From NCBI GenBank assembly GCA_028023455.1, contig JAQFVV010000002.1:2356001-2420000 (forward strand): 64,000 nucleotides of DNA. The letters run 5' to 3'. Under the pieces are notes generated by a model, which was not told where the DNA came from, did no database searches, and saw only the letters and a list, made by a program, of their open reading frames with translations. The DNA is from Epiperipatus broadwayi (taxonomy: Eukaryota > Animalia > Onychophora). Positions 41,601 through 54,701 of this stretch are shown here, piece by piece (position 1 is the first letter of the stretch; every line of letters begins with the position of its first letter). Made by a program: the position numbers and the translations under genes.

Positions 41601-44600
41601 TAGAACGCTACCTCAAGTATTCCATGTGCCAACTCATATGGCTCATTATTTAACTCTTGTTGAAGTAGAAAGTTAGAATCAGCTAATTTTGTTTGATAGT
41701 GAAATAAAATTTTAATCAGCATAGGAATCCCTGAAAATATGTCATGCCCTATTTTAATAGCCATTGGAATCTTGGCTTTCATCTTGTAGCCAAGAGCCCC
41801 TTTATATACCCTGTTGAAAATGTATGAGGTTTCTTAAGGTATAATTTAGATTTTTTTTATAGCCAGATATTCATAAAGAATTTGTTGTGTATTGAAAAAA
41901 AGTTGTTTTAGGGATATCACTTTCTGTACTGCTGATTGACTCAGTGGTACTTTTTTCAGGCTTTCTTGAATTGCATCAATTTCATTGAGAAGAGTGATTG
42001 GTCCTCTAGTTCTCTTAGTATAAAACTGGATTAATGTAGATAAAATGTTTATGAATGCAAACAAACCCTCTGTTGGTCCAAGAGAAAGAATGTTAATTTT
42101 ATGAAACAAAAATATATGCCTCCGAAACAATTGCTTCTGGAGCAGCAGATTTCAGCAATAGTCTAATCGTAGTCTTTTCTTGTACAGAGTGTTGAGAAGG
42201 AAGGTCAATGTTCAAAGATACTATAAGAGCATAATGATCAGAAAATGCAACCGGAGATAAAAGATGGGTCAATGTAAAAATGCAGATCTGGCAAGTAAAA
42301 TAGAAGATCAATTAAGGTGGAGTGCTGTTTAGTATAAAAGGAACATGCATCAGGAGGAAAGAATCCCTGTGCACATCAAATGCATTTTTAATAAATGCAG
42401 ATATTTGCGATTAAATTCATCATAACCAGTATTAAAATCCCCAAGCAGGAATATAGAAAAATGGTTTGGAATTTAAAGCAATATTTATTAATTGAATAAT
42501 GTTGTAAACCAGTAAAACCTCTTTTTAAAGATATAGAAAGATAACATTAAAATTATAAGAATTTAAGTTGATGGTAACAAAAATCATATAATTATTCAAA
42601 AGACAAATCTTAAAACTAGTAACTTAGAAGCATGAGGAATTAACATAGCAACTCTACCAGAGGGATGGTTGGCAGTTGAAAAGTGGAATGATCCAAACTT
42701 GTATAACTTTTCTAATAATACAGGGTCTAATTTCAAATGAAGCTTCATTTCCACAAAGCATATCATATTTAGAGAGCAAACTTGTAAGCAATGACCAATA
42801 GCATCAATTCTCTTTGCAGAGTTCAGTCACCGCACATTAACACCAGACAATTTAAAATACATGAATTAGCATCAACAAATAAAAAAAATGTGTCATGTAA
42901 TAAAAATAGAAAGAAATCTTTTCTGGCATTAACTTTCTCCTAAGGATCAATTATTGTATCTGTACTAATCCTGTTAATCTCTTCCTGTGTAGGAATCTCA
43001 GATGCATCCAAAACCCTATCTGTATCAGTAAGATCATCAAAAGCACATGACAGCAATACTGGTTGAGATAAATCAACTTTAAAAGAATCCAGAGGACAAT
43101 CATGCCACATAGTATCTATGATCGATTCTTTACTGTTATGCTTGAGCTTCTTCCCTTTATTTCTTCTAGAGCCCATCTCACTATCTGAGAAGCTTCTACT
43201 CGCATCAGAAACACTCTTAAAAACTATTGATGAAGAAAGGACCTTTGACTTAATCCCAGTATTTGAGGTTTTCCTCTTAGTCTTTAGCTGTTGTGTTGAT
43301 AGCTCTTCTGTCAACATAGTCAGATTCCAAACCTGTCTCCAAAGATTTAGATTTGTTAAGCATCTTATCTTGTGAAGCAGAGTTCAACAAGTCATAAGAA
43401 TTTTTAGTGGATGCTTGTGCTGAATTAGAGTCAAGAATTTCTATTAAGGGAGGCTCCATAACATCTTGTGTATCAAACATCAGCGTTTATCAGTGGAATA
43501 TTCATCTTGATTAATAGAAGTATTATTTGGTGTGCATTTATGAAATTTTGTTTTTTTGATATGACATTTATTGCAAAAACTATTTGGGCAATTACTCACT
43601 ATATGTGTCCGCATTTTACATAAGAAACATTGCGGTGGTACACCCCTAAATGATATAATTACTGGGGCTGTTTCACTGCAATGGATAGTTGGTATAGAAG
43701 TGGGAACTATTCCTTTGTAGAAAGACAATTTGAATGTTGCAGAGTTTGTAAGCACATGGCGACTAGTGTTATTCATTAAGATATAAATAAAATCACTAAC
43801 AGTACCAAATGACCTCAGTAAGTTTTGCAAATGCTGTTTATCAAAGTTTATGTAACAATCAATCTACTATAACAACTATCTTGTCACCACAAAACTTCTA
43901 TCCATTCTGTAAAAATTCTTTTTGCCATATACTATGACACTCCATCATGAGTATCTGTTATTTGGATGGTTCAAGATCTTGTATATATGTTGCCAATAAC
44001 CCTTTGATTCAATTTGATAACAAAATTGTTGTATTGGAAAAGGAAAAAGATGTTTTAATTTATCTGTAACAGCTAATATAAGAGTTTTCTCATTATAATA
44101 AAAAGCAAAAGACGTGAGTAGATGCTGTAGGATGGATTGATTAAAGTCTCTAATGATCTCATTCAGTTGGAGATCATCCATACCAACACATGGAAATAAT
44201 TCTTCTGTCATCACAATATCATCTTTAACAATATCTTCATCACATGAATCATAACTGAGCAAGTCATATTTAACTGAATTTGTATTAATATATTGAGATT
44301 TAATATTTGAGCTCTTTGATTGAACTATATTAACATATGAAGTATTTGCAATATTATGTTTCTGTGTAAAATCCTTTATATTCTTATCATTTATATCCTT
44401 TATAACATCAGTGTTAAGTAAATTACAATCAAAATGAGTGTTCTTATTGCTTATTTGTCTAGAAAACTTTGCTATTTTTTTTACTATTTTCACTTTCAAG
44501 TAACTCAGGAAAATCTTCAAATGGGATATTTCCTTTGTTAAAAGATCCCTCATCACACTTTAAAAATTTACTTGTTGATGGCTTAGGATCAGTAATAATA

Positions 44601-45340
44601 TTTTTTTTTTAGGATCAGTAATAATATTTTTTTAATAGATTTATTATTAATACACAATTTTTTAAGCTCTACTGATGTTTCATTTGGCTTTAAAAATTTA
44701 TCAACTTTATTATCGCTATATTTTTTTTTTTTTTAAAAAGCACTCTTTTCTGAGTTTACCATAATCTGTATAATTTTTTTTTTTAAAAGCTGAATTTTGT
44801 AGACTTAGAATGAATAAGTCTTTCATTATTTTCATCATTAAAATTAATGTTTTCATTTAAGTAATAGATGTAGAGTTGTTTATCAAATTTCCTTCATTTA
44901 CTAAGGTTTCTTTTTGCCTTTCCAATTATTTAACATTTAAAACGCTATTTTTTTTTAGAATTATTATTTTTAGAATTTGACACGATCTGTTTTTCCAATT
45001 TATTACTTGATGGATTACCGTCTAAATTTATGTTAGAATTAACAACAAGCAGTTTCTCATTTAAATTATTTTTTTCATGTAAAGAAGTTTTTTACCTCTT
45101 TTCCTTCTTATTTTTCTTGAATTTATAGCACTTTCATAGTCATCCATGTTAATTTTTGAGTTAGCTCTAGTAGATTTAGAAAACGTTTTAAACTCTGCTT
45201 CTGAATCTCCTACAGGATCCATATTTTGATGATAAGTCAAAATAAATTACATTTTTGAAACCTTTTGATTTCAAAATAAAGAACACACTAGATTTTTAAA
45301 AAAAGCTAGCAAAAAACAACACTTATAAAGAATAGAACAG
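38625..45340 (-). mobile_element. Near full-length degenerate L1/Tx1-like LINE
   Basis: ORF1 from ATG ~45222 with PQCFLCKMRTHIVSNCP; APE MYFKLSGVNVR*LNS at ~42862 and FSDH; RT IPQGSPLSALLF and (Y)MDDIAIF; C-terminal EDTIEHIFGVC; AATAAA plus polyA at ~38625-38653. Many stops and deletions. Confidence 0.92.
39694..40603. mobile_element. 910-bp non-autonomous TA-target DNA transposon (Tc1/mariner-pogo-like) inside LINE ORF2
   Basis: 23-bp TIRs CACCTGGGTCTC(T/A)TTTTA(T/C)GCGG with 2 mismatches; TA at 39692-39693 and 40604-40605. Confidence 0.92.
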
Positions 45341-45990
45341 ATAAGAAAAAAACTGTGCACTTTAATATTAGTCCAACAGATCTTTTCTTTTTATGTTATC
45401 CAACTCTTACAATTTTTGATTTCTATTTAAAATGTTAGTGGTCCATCTGTTACCATCTATTCTAGAAATATTTGCAGACTACTTTAAATTTAGCATTTTA
45501 TTTATTACAGAATTGTCACTGATACAACTTTATGTTGTTTGGATATTTTAAATATGATCACTCATTTATAAATTCAAAATATATACCTTTATATTTAACA
45601 ATATATTATATAATGTATTTGCCAATAAATAATCATTAGGTGGTCACATTTATTTAAAGTATATTTTGTTTAGGTCATATACCAATAGTCGATTTTTTTT
45701 TAAATGTGAACAGTATGAATAAATTTTACAATGATATTTATAAATGTTTTATAAAATAATTATAAAACAATACAGACCAAAAAAAAACTTTAAAAAAAAA
45801 TCCTTGCATTTACAGCAACTTTCAATACACCATGCACTTTAAATGAAAAGTTGAAACATGCAGTTAAATATATGAACAAGGGAGAATTGATATGTTAAAA
45901 AGCTAGTGAAAATTGTTGCATAATTATATACCAGATTATTGGAAGAAATGCAATAATAATATTAACGTTTAAGAAAGTTGACAATGAAGC

Positions 45991-46073
45991 CAAATATGGT
46001 TGCCATTCTAATGAACTAAACTCGGCAGTAGCAAATATGGTTGCCATTCTAATGAACTAAACTCGGCAGTAGC
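45991..46073. repeat. Perfect 41-bp tandem duplication
   Basis: CAAATATGGTTGCCATTCTAATGAACTAAACTCGGCAGTAG occurs twice. Confidence 0.95.
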
Positions 46074-47489
46074 ATTAGAAGTGATATTTATTTTTTTATA
46101 TTTCATTTTATCTTAATTATATGATTTTAAAAAATAAAAATTGGTAAACATTATTGCTACCAAAAAGAAAAAAAGAAATCACTGAAAAAAAAATAGAAAT
46201 GTTAAGTGCTGCCGCCTAGCTGAGCTCCAAAAATAAAGATTCCTGCAACTAAGTAAAAGCTTTGTCAGGTCAAACTCTTAATACTATAAGTTTAGATAAA
46301 AAGAAAGAAATGCAACAAAAATACAGAAATCAATATCAGTATGCTGAAAAAATTATAAAATCTTTAAAAGTGTGGGAAAAGAAAAAAATAATGTTAAATC
46401 CTATAGTAAAAAATAACAATATAACTGATTTCCCCACCACAAACTACTTTCTTTATCCCCCTCTTATAAAATACCATTTGGGATAAACAAACAGAATTGA
46501 CATGAACAAAGCAAAGACTTTATCTAATGGCCGGGCATTTGAACTTGAGCTGATTTTTTTCCAACAGTAAATATTATATAAATCTAAGTCTCCATTAAAC
46601 CTTATTAGTAATGCTATTTCAGATACAGTAAACTCATGGACTTCCAAAAAATATGATAACAAACAATAAGTAAATACTTCAAAAAAGAAGCATGAAACCC
46701 TCATTAAATCTAATAAATAACAAAAATAGTATAAAGATTATCAATGTAAATATCATCATGATCATCAACACAACAGATGAAATTAAGCTCATTTCTTTTA
46801 ACAAATTAAATGAATAGGCAAAACTCACTATATATATATTGCAACACACAGAAAACTAGAGTAATCAATGGATGCCAGAAAGCTTGTGCATAAATTAATC
46901 TAACTTGCTGTGTGTGGCAATATATATATAGTGAGTTTTGCCTGTTTTAACAACAGTTATACACAAGCATAAGAGGAGGTGGTCATGTGATGTTTATTGG
47001 CTCAAATTAAATGAATAATGATACAAAATATTCACACACAGCCTCATTCCTTTTCTACTACATTAATTATCAGTATCGTTAAAAATTATGATTTGTGCAA
47101 TGGGCAGCCACTATTATTGTACCCATCTTTATCTGACTATGTAGCAGAGCAATAAAAACACAATATAGTCAAAGCCATTAAATCCACTGCTTCATAGGAC
47201 TGAAATATTTTATTAAGAAACAGAGAGAGAGAAGGTAGAAAATGCTATTAAATATGTACACTTAAAAAAGCAATGTCACTACAGGTTCAAATTTCCTTAT
47301 ATATAGCTGAATTATGCATGATTCTCCTGACTTTATAATAGATGTTCTACAGAATAACATTAAAATGTAACTCAGCTACTAAATACATTGAGGAAACTCA
47401 CACCAATTATATCATTTGAAATTTTCATGTATTCGTGAAAAGATGCCATGAACAGATAAATCTCCTCTTCACACTATTATGCATGCCAT

Positions 47490-47910
47490 TCCAAATTTCA
47501 TCAGCATGAGAAGCCTTAATCCCTATATTTCAAATGTTCTAAATTGGATCACTTCACTTCTCAATGTAGCATTGATGATTGCAGCAGATATGACAAGATT
47601 GAGAAATTTAATAACCTGTCCATCAATGAACAGAAACCTAGCTTATGGGCAAATTTGTCTGCAAAAGCACTTTCCCACTTTATATATAAATACTCACATG
47701 GGCACATACATCATTGATTTAAACCTGTCCAACCACAGCATTTAGTTAGAAATGGACAAGACAATCATTTAAAAGTAATTGCAGCAAACCAAATACTTCC
47801 AATAATCCTATGATTTTTAAAGTTCAATAATAAAGGTCATCCATGAAAGAACAAACTCGTGAATTGCTGATTAACACAGAAGATTCAGTTATTAACATCT
47901 TCCTTGATGC
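47490..47910 (+). mobile_element. Gypsy-like gag/protease relic (possible integrase relic ~49330-49500)
   Basis: YFKCSKLDHFTSQC resembles a CX2CX4HX4C knuckle; RELLINTEDSVINI resembles protease LLDTG; QNFKNWEELL resembles the integrase WDxxL region. Confidence 0.35.
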
Positions 47911-48389
47911 AACATAAATAAAATATTTTCCACTGACACATGTTATGTAATTGATCTAATCATCTTTTCAGCATCTGAAAAGAATAAAAAAGACAAAATA
48001 CTTGATAGAGGCTTGAAACATAACAAAAAGTGTAGATCTAACAAACTAAATGCATAAATATGAACAAATAAATCTTTGAAGTAAAATAAGTAAAAGATAA
48101 TAACCTGAACATAAACATTGCTATAAACAACATATGTGGTCCAAATTTCACACAAAAGAAATACAGAACTAAATCATTTTCTAAGAAATCACCATTGTGA
48201 CATATTCATTGTAACAGAAACAAAATATTATTATCAATTATCTGAATTAAAACAATATTTTTATACATAAACTGAATATCAGATTGGTTAAGGGTATACT
48301 TGTATTTGTTCTCTCTTTCATTTATCAGACTCCACAATTTTATCTATAGCAATATACCCAAGCTAAATATCCAAAAATATATCAAGTAT

Positions 48390-48750
48390 ATAACAATGAG
48401 TAATGAAATTAGAAATAGATTAATAGCCTTTGAGATCTGCATATGGAAAAGAATGGAAAAACTTAGATGGATGAATAAAATAACAAATGAAGAAGTTTTG
48501 AAAATAGTAAAAGAAAAAAGAAAATTGATTGATAAAATTAGAAAGAGAAAGAAAAACTGGATTGAACAGATAGTAAGAAGAAAGAAGAAAGTATAGTTTA
48601 ATGAAAGATGTTTTGGAAAAAATTGTGAGTGGAAGCAGAAGAAAGGATGAACATGATTGACATTGTCAGATGATATAAGTAGATGAAAAGAGTTACATGG
48701 AATTGAAGATCTAGGCAATGAAGAGCATAGAGAGAAAAAATGGATGAATT
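48390..48750 (+). mobile_element. RTE-clade LINE 3' fragment
   Basis: NRLIAFEICIWKRMEKLRWMNKITNEEVLKIVKEKRKLIDKIRKRKKNWIEQI is a typical RTE ORF terminus. Confidence 0.85.
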
Positions 48751-50360
48751 AATGACATGACAATTCTCTTGATCTGTCCATGGGAGAGAATATTTTTAAT
48801 GGTGACTCAATACTCAGAGAAAATTTTTACATAGGCATGGAATAATAATTGCTCTTACAATAAATTACTATCTGTGTTATAATCCGCTTAATCAATTTGC
48901 CTATCTTTGTTATCATCCTTGTACTATCTTGAGAAAGTATACTATATCTGTAGGCAAAGTTCATCTCTCATTGATTTATTTTTACATCTCCATCTAAATT
49001 TCAAATTTCAATCCATTTATCCAGCATCTTATTTTAGATCTTGCTTATGTAGCTTTCTAATTATATACATTATAAAATAATACACCAATCTATAATTTTA
49101 TATTTAAACAACAAATTCTCATAGAATTCAAATTAACCACAGATGACTTTTGTAATATAATCATCTCAAGTCATTCCTATCATCAACTTCAAAACCCCTT
49201 TCTGGTCAAAATATGATCAGTCTTCAAAAATTACTAAAGCAACTGCTCCTCCAAATAATTAATAGAGCTATTATTTAAATAATCCCATAAAAACATATTT
49301 AAAATATTGATACAACACTTCACACCATCTCACAAATGAATAATGTCAACTTTCTTATCTGTAGACTGCAAAATAAAGCAAACCAGATCATCACATATTA
49401 TAACCAGTGTGCAATAATATATGTGTTAATATCAAAACTTCAAAAACTGGGAAGAACTATTGCAAATTATGTAAGACATTTTTATCATGCCTTTGGCATT
49501 CCCATTTACAAAAAATAATACTTTTCTTTTTGGTGACAATGTTGAAGAGAAATATTTGAGCATCAATATCAGCTCTTCTCAAAAAAATTATATTACAAAG
49601 CAACACTTATTCCAAGAACTTATGCACCTTGAAACAATATACCTCTTTATCTGGAGATTTTATTTCAGTTTAATGTCTACAGGCAGATTAACTACATCAT
49701 TGTTCCCATCCTATATTACAATGAACTCTGCTTGAGCAATCTTAGCATTCTCGACCATTCTACCAACATAATACTTTGTTTTAGAAAAAAATCCAATGCA
49801 GTATACTTCTCTGTAAATAACATGAGTCTTATTATTTTTGAAGACATTGATCAAAAAATCTTTGCAATAATAATTCTAAAAGAACAATAAACTTATTCTA
49901 CCAAAACTATCTACATCACATTGTGCAGTTAAAAGTTCCTGTGCCTCTCAAACTATTCTTTTAGTACAAGAATCAATCCTATTTGAGAACAAATAAAGAG
50001 ATTGTAGGTGGGGTTCCCTCTAAGGCAGCTATATCTACATGAACATCTGCTTGAACATAGTAATCTGATAATTAATGTGCAGAATTATCTTGCCAACAAA
50101 TGAATTAAAGAATTATATGAATTTATTCGCATCTTTCAAACCTAGTTGTGGAATTCCATAAGGATCGTCAATTGTATCATTGCTATTTGCAATTTATATA
50201 GATTTTCTGATTAAAGAAACTGAATATTGCACTGAAAGTCTAGTCCTTCCTCATTAATTGCACAATACAAGTTTGAAAATCATTTATATGTATATAAAAT
50301 AAACTTGAATATTTAACGTTCAACTATGTAATAGTTTAAATATTTGTAAAACTATAAGAT

Positions 50361-51376
50361 ATATAAATACTATTTCTATATCAAATAGACAATCATCGTC
50401 CCAACAAATAATAAATTTTATACTCAAGAGCTTTTGAAGGTCTAAGCTTTTATTTTCAATAAGTAGCTGGAATAAAATATGCAAATTAGGGTGGACAAGA
50501 TTTTTATTGACCTAGATTTGCCACTTCCTGGAGATGGCATAAAACGTTTTTTTTATTCGTAGAGTGGATGTCAGAGATGATATAATATGCCTCTTTAACT
50601 CTTCTTTGAAACTTGTGCTGCTTTCTGCACACCATGCAAGGCTTGTCTGGCCTGCACTGGTGTTCTGTAAAAGCTGCATGCTGTGCAAAAATAGATGGGT
50701 GCGATGGATCTGTCTAGAACCTTATTGTATGCATATACATGTTGTGCAAGTCTTGTATGGATGGATGCCCTAGTCTCACCATAATATGCTGTGAGGCAAT
50801 TATTATTACTACATGCAATCTTGTAAATGGCTTGTTGGGCATATATTGGGGGGATATGGTCTTTAGTATTGTTTACGCATCTGTTGAAATTGGGGGCAGA
50901 GTGGTAACACAAGCTAAAATCGTTACTAAAGATTGTGTATAAATCTTTATGTATAGTTTTAATATATGGCGGTAAGATAAGGCATTTATTCTGTTTATTT
51001 TTTCAAATGGGATGATTTTTAAAATTTCTAATAATATTATCGATTGCTCTCTTGTTATATTTTGCATTTATTAATTCATTTATGAACATCTCAAGGTCCT
51101 TCCTTTTATCAGCTTCAAAGCTGCACAGATTTGCATTTCTCTGTAAGAAACAATTCACACCAGCCATTTTATATGTATATGGAGTGTTCAATGAGTGGGG
51201 TATGTGGCCCCTAACATTGAGTGGTTTGGTCATTCTATAACAGAAGTGATGGGTCTCCATCTTCACTTGTAGTTCTAAAGATTTAATGCTATTCTGAGCT
51301 TCATTTTGAGCTGTGTTTATGAGTAGACCTGATGCTGTTGTGAGGTCTGTCTTAATGTATTCTATTATTTTCTTAG
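50361..51376 (-). mobile_element. Penelope-like element, inverted arm (RT thumb, GIY-YIG, 3' UTR)
   Basis: QQAIYKIACSNNNCLTAYYGETRASIHTRLAQH (GIY-YIG); inverted homolog of 51587-52613. Confidence 0.9.
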
Positions 51377-52613
51377 CTCTGTTGAGGTGGATTAACAAAA
51401 ACATGTATGCTCTGTTCAACCAAGAATGGTACCACATGCTCAATGGTTGGCCAATGGATCTTCCAATGAGTGGAATCACTGCCAGCATCATAATGAATGC
51501 ATACAAACAACTTATCATCCTGAGATATGTGGTCTGTGGTTTATTGCTATATACTAGATACATGGATGACATTTTTATAGCTGTACCTAAAGAAATAATA
51601 GAAGACATTAAGGCAGACCTCACAACAGCATCAGATCTACAGATAAACCCAGCTCAAAATGAAGCTCCGAATAGCATTAAATATCTAGATCTACAAGTGA
51701 AAATGGAGGCCCATTGCTTCTGTTATAGAATGACCATCAAACCAATCAATGTTAGGGGCCCACATACACCACTCATCAAACACTCCATATACATATAAAA
51801 TGGCTGGTCTAAAATCTTTCTTACACAGAAATGCAAACCTGTGCAGCTTTGAAGCTGATAAAAGGAAGAACATTGAGATGTTCAGAAAATGAATTAATAA
51901 ATGCAAAATATAACAAGAGAGCAATCGATAATATTATTAGAAATTTTAAAAACCATCCCATTTGAGAAAATAAACAGAATAAATGCTGTATCTTACTGCC
52001 ATATATCAAAAATATACATAAAGATTTATACACAATCTTTAGTAATGATTTTAGCTTGTGTTACCACTCTTCCCCCCAATTTCAACAGATGCATAAACAA
52101 TACTAAAGACCACCCCCCCCCCCCAATATATGCCCAACAGGCCATTTACAAGATTGCGTGTTGTAACAATAATTGCCTCGTGGCATATTATGGTGATACT
52201 AGGGCATCCATCCATACAAGACTTGCACAACATGTATATGCATACAATAAGGCTCTGGCTGATTCATCTCACCCATCTAGTTTTGCGCAGCAAGCAGCTT
52301 CTACAGGGCACCAGTGCAGGCCAGACAAGCCTCGCATGGTGTGCAGAGAGCAGCACGAGTTGCGAAGGAGAGTTTAAAGAGGCATATTATATCATCTCTG
52401 ATGGCCATGCCATAAATAAAAAAGAAATATTTTATGCCATTTCCAGGAAGTGATAAATCTAGGTCAGTGAAAATCTAGTCCACCCTAATTTGCATATTTT
52501 ATTCCAGCTACTTCTTGAAAATGAAGGCTTAGACCTTCGAAAACACTTGAGTATAAAATTTATCATTTGTTGAGATGGTGATTGTCTATTTGATATAGAA
52601 ATAGTATTTATAT
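51377..52613 (+). mobile_element. Penelope-like element, 5'-truncated (RT motifs, GIY-YIG, 3' UTR)
   Basis: NGWPMDLPMSGITASIIM and YTRYMDDIFI RT motifs; AIYKIACCNNNCLVAYYGDTR; frameshifted. Confidence 0.92.
52514..52555 (+). ncRNA. Degenerate hammerhead-like motif in the PLE 3' UTR (mirror copy 50421-50462, minus)
   Basis: TTGAAAA-T-GAAGG-CTTAGA-CCTTC-GAAA shows a decayed CUGANGA, a 5-bp stem II and GAAA. Stem III and stem I are not clearly canonical. Confidence 0.4.
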
Positions 52614-54664
52614 TAACACAAATATAGATTTTACAAATAAACTTTAATAATTACAAATTATGTACAAGTAATATGTACAGTGGGAATTTTTTTCATATGG
52701 TATAAAATTGACATAAAATATAGTTATTTTGACTAGTATCTGAAGTTTTCAAATCATGTTTGTGGCAGATATAGGATGTAAATTATCACCATTTGTCAGA
52801 TGAAACTTTTCAACCTTACTCACCATTCCAATCAATTGTTTTAAATGTAATTAAGGCACCATTTGAATAATTTCTTTGAGAACACATTCACTACAAAAAT
52901 AAAAGCATTCTGCCTCAAAATGTTGTATCCAATTGTGAACATTCACATAATCAATGCTATCCTTGCATAATCTCTGCCTATTATATCTCTTGGATGTATT
53001 GTTTATTATACATAAAACTAACCGAAAACAAAAGTTAAATTACACAGAAAACAAAATTTAAATATATTTCTCAATGTTAATTTTGATTTATTTAAATTTA
53101 TCATGTGTTTTTTTTTCTTCACATATAAGAAAAGCAATAGATTTTAGGTATAAATATTTACAAATAATCTTGATAACAATGTATATTTAATATGCATTGA
53201 GTACATAATATATTATGCAATTAAATTAATAAATTTATGTGTGTAATATTGTAAGAAAACAGTAAACAAAACAAACATATTTAGTCAACTTCTTAAAATA
53301 TATATTTAAGTATTCATTTGGAACTATTTCTGCAAATACAATATATTTTTTCTTGGTTTCTATTTTTAATGTATCATTTGCAACAGATATCAGATACATT
53401 TTAAAATTATATACAGTAGATAAAAAGTTAACTAATTCCTGATCAAATAGCTTAACAAGGAGCTCTTTAATTCATATACATTTTTTATTTATCGATAAAA
53501 ATTAATGACACTAGATGCAGAAACCGGTCTGGGGTGAGGGTATTCTCAAAGCTTGTTAAGAGTTTGTTTTGCAAACTCTATATATAAACTTTTCTATTTA
53601 TTTATGTTTACTATATTAATATATTTATTAATTAAAATTGGATTTCATGATTATTTACATATGAGTCTAATTATATTTATATATTAAAATATCAGCTAAC
53701 AAAATTATTCAACAAAACATTTTACTTATTTATTAATTTATAGGATTATTTTTAACATTTCATTAGTTACGCAATGTTATTACAATGAATAAATAATTAG
53801 TTGTGGTTAAACCAATGCTTTACTATTTGATTAAACTAATATACTTATTTTATTTAACATCGGTATAATTCCCTGCTCAACATTAATGATATTTTGATAA
53901 ACTTACATTTTTTTATTTTTTTTTATTTGTAAATACTTTATGATAATACAATTTTGTGTTTGAATACTTAGGCTTAACTAAAATAAGTTATTTAAATATT
54001 CACTTTTGAATATTCATTCCATTATAGTTGTGTTTATCCAAGTATGCCTTGAATAAATCAATTATTGAGATTTCTAAAATACATCAATTTGATTATTTCA
54101 TATTTTTATACCATTACAGAATTTGGCATCCTAATGAATAGTTTGAATAGAAATCAGTTACCTAATATTTAATTTAATTACAATTAACATTCAACTGGGA
54201 TGCAAAAAAATCAATTAATTAATTTACATGATTTTAATTCTGTTACAATTATTTATCTGTTTTAATTCTATTACAAGTGGGGCATCTGATAATTGATTTA
54301 TTTATTTTATCTAGTTTAATTTTGCTACAATGTATATATTACGTACTAAAAATTTGTTGATGACTTTTGGAGATTGATACTATTGTATTTGCACCTTATA
54401 CAATGTTTACTTATGCATTCATTCGTTTCTATATAACTTCCTTTTATGCTGATATTTATTGGCTAGAGATTTATAAATGATTTTTTTGTAACTATTCACA
54501 CAACTTTTAAGATAGTATAGTTTTTCAAATGTTTTTATTCCAGTAAATATTTTTATGAATAAATACTGCTATTATTACTTTACTTTATTTAATTTAATTA
54601 CTACTGTTTAACTAAGTGTAAACCATCAATGAAGAAAATTTCCTCTTTTTTATTCTTTTCAATT

Positions 54665-54701
54665 TTGTTGTTGTTGTTGTTGTTGTTGTTGTGTGTGTGT
54701 G
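54665..54701. repeat. (TTG)n(TG)n microsatellite
   Basis: Visible in sequence. Confidence 0.9.
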
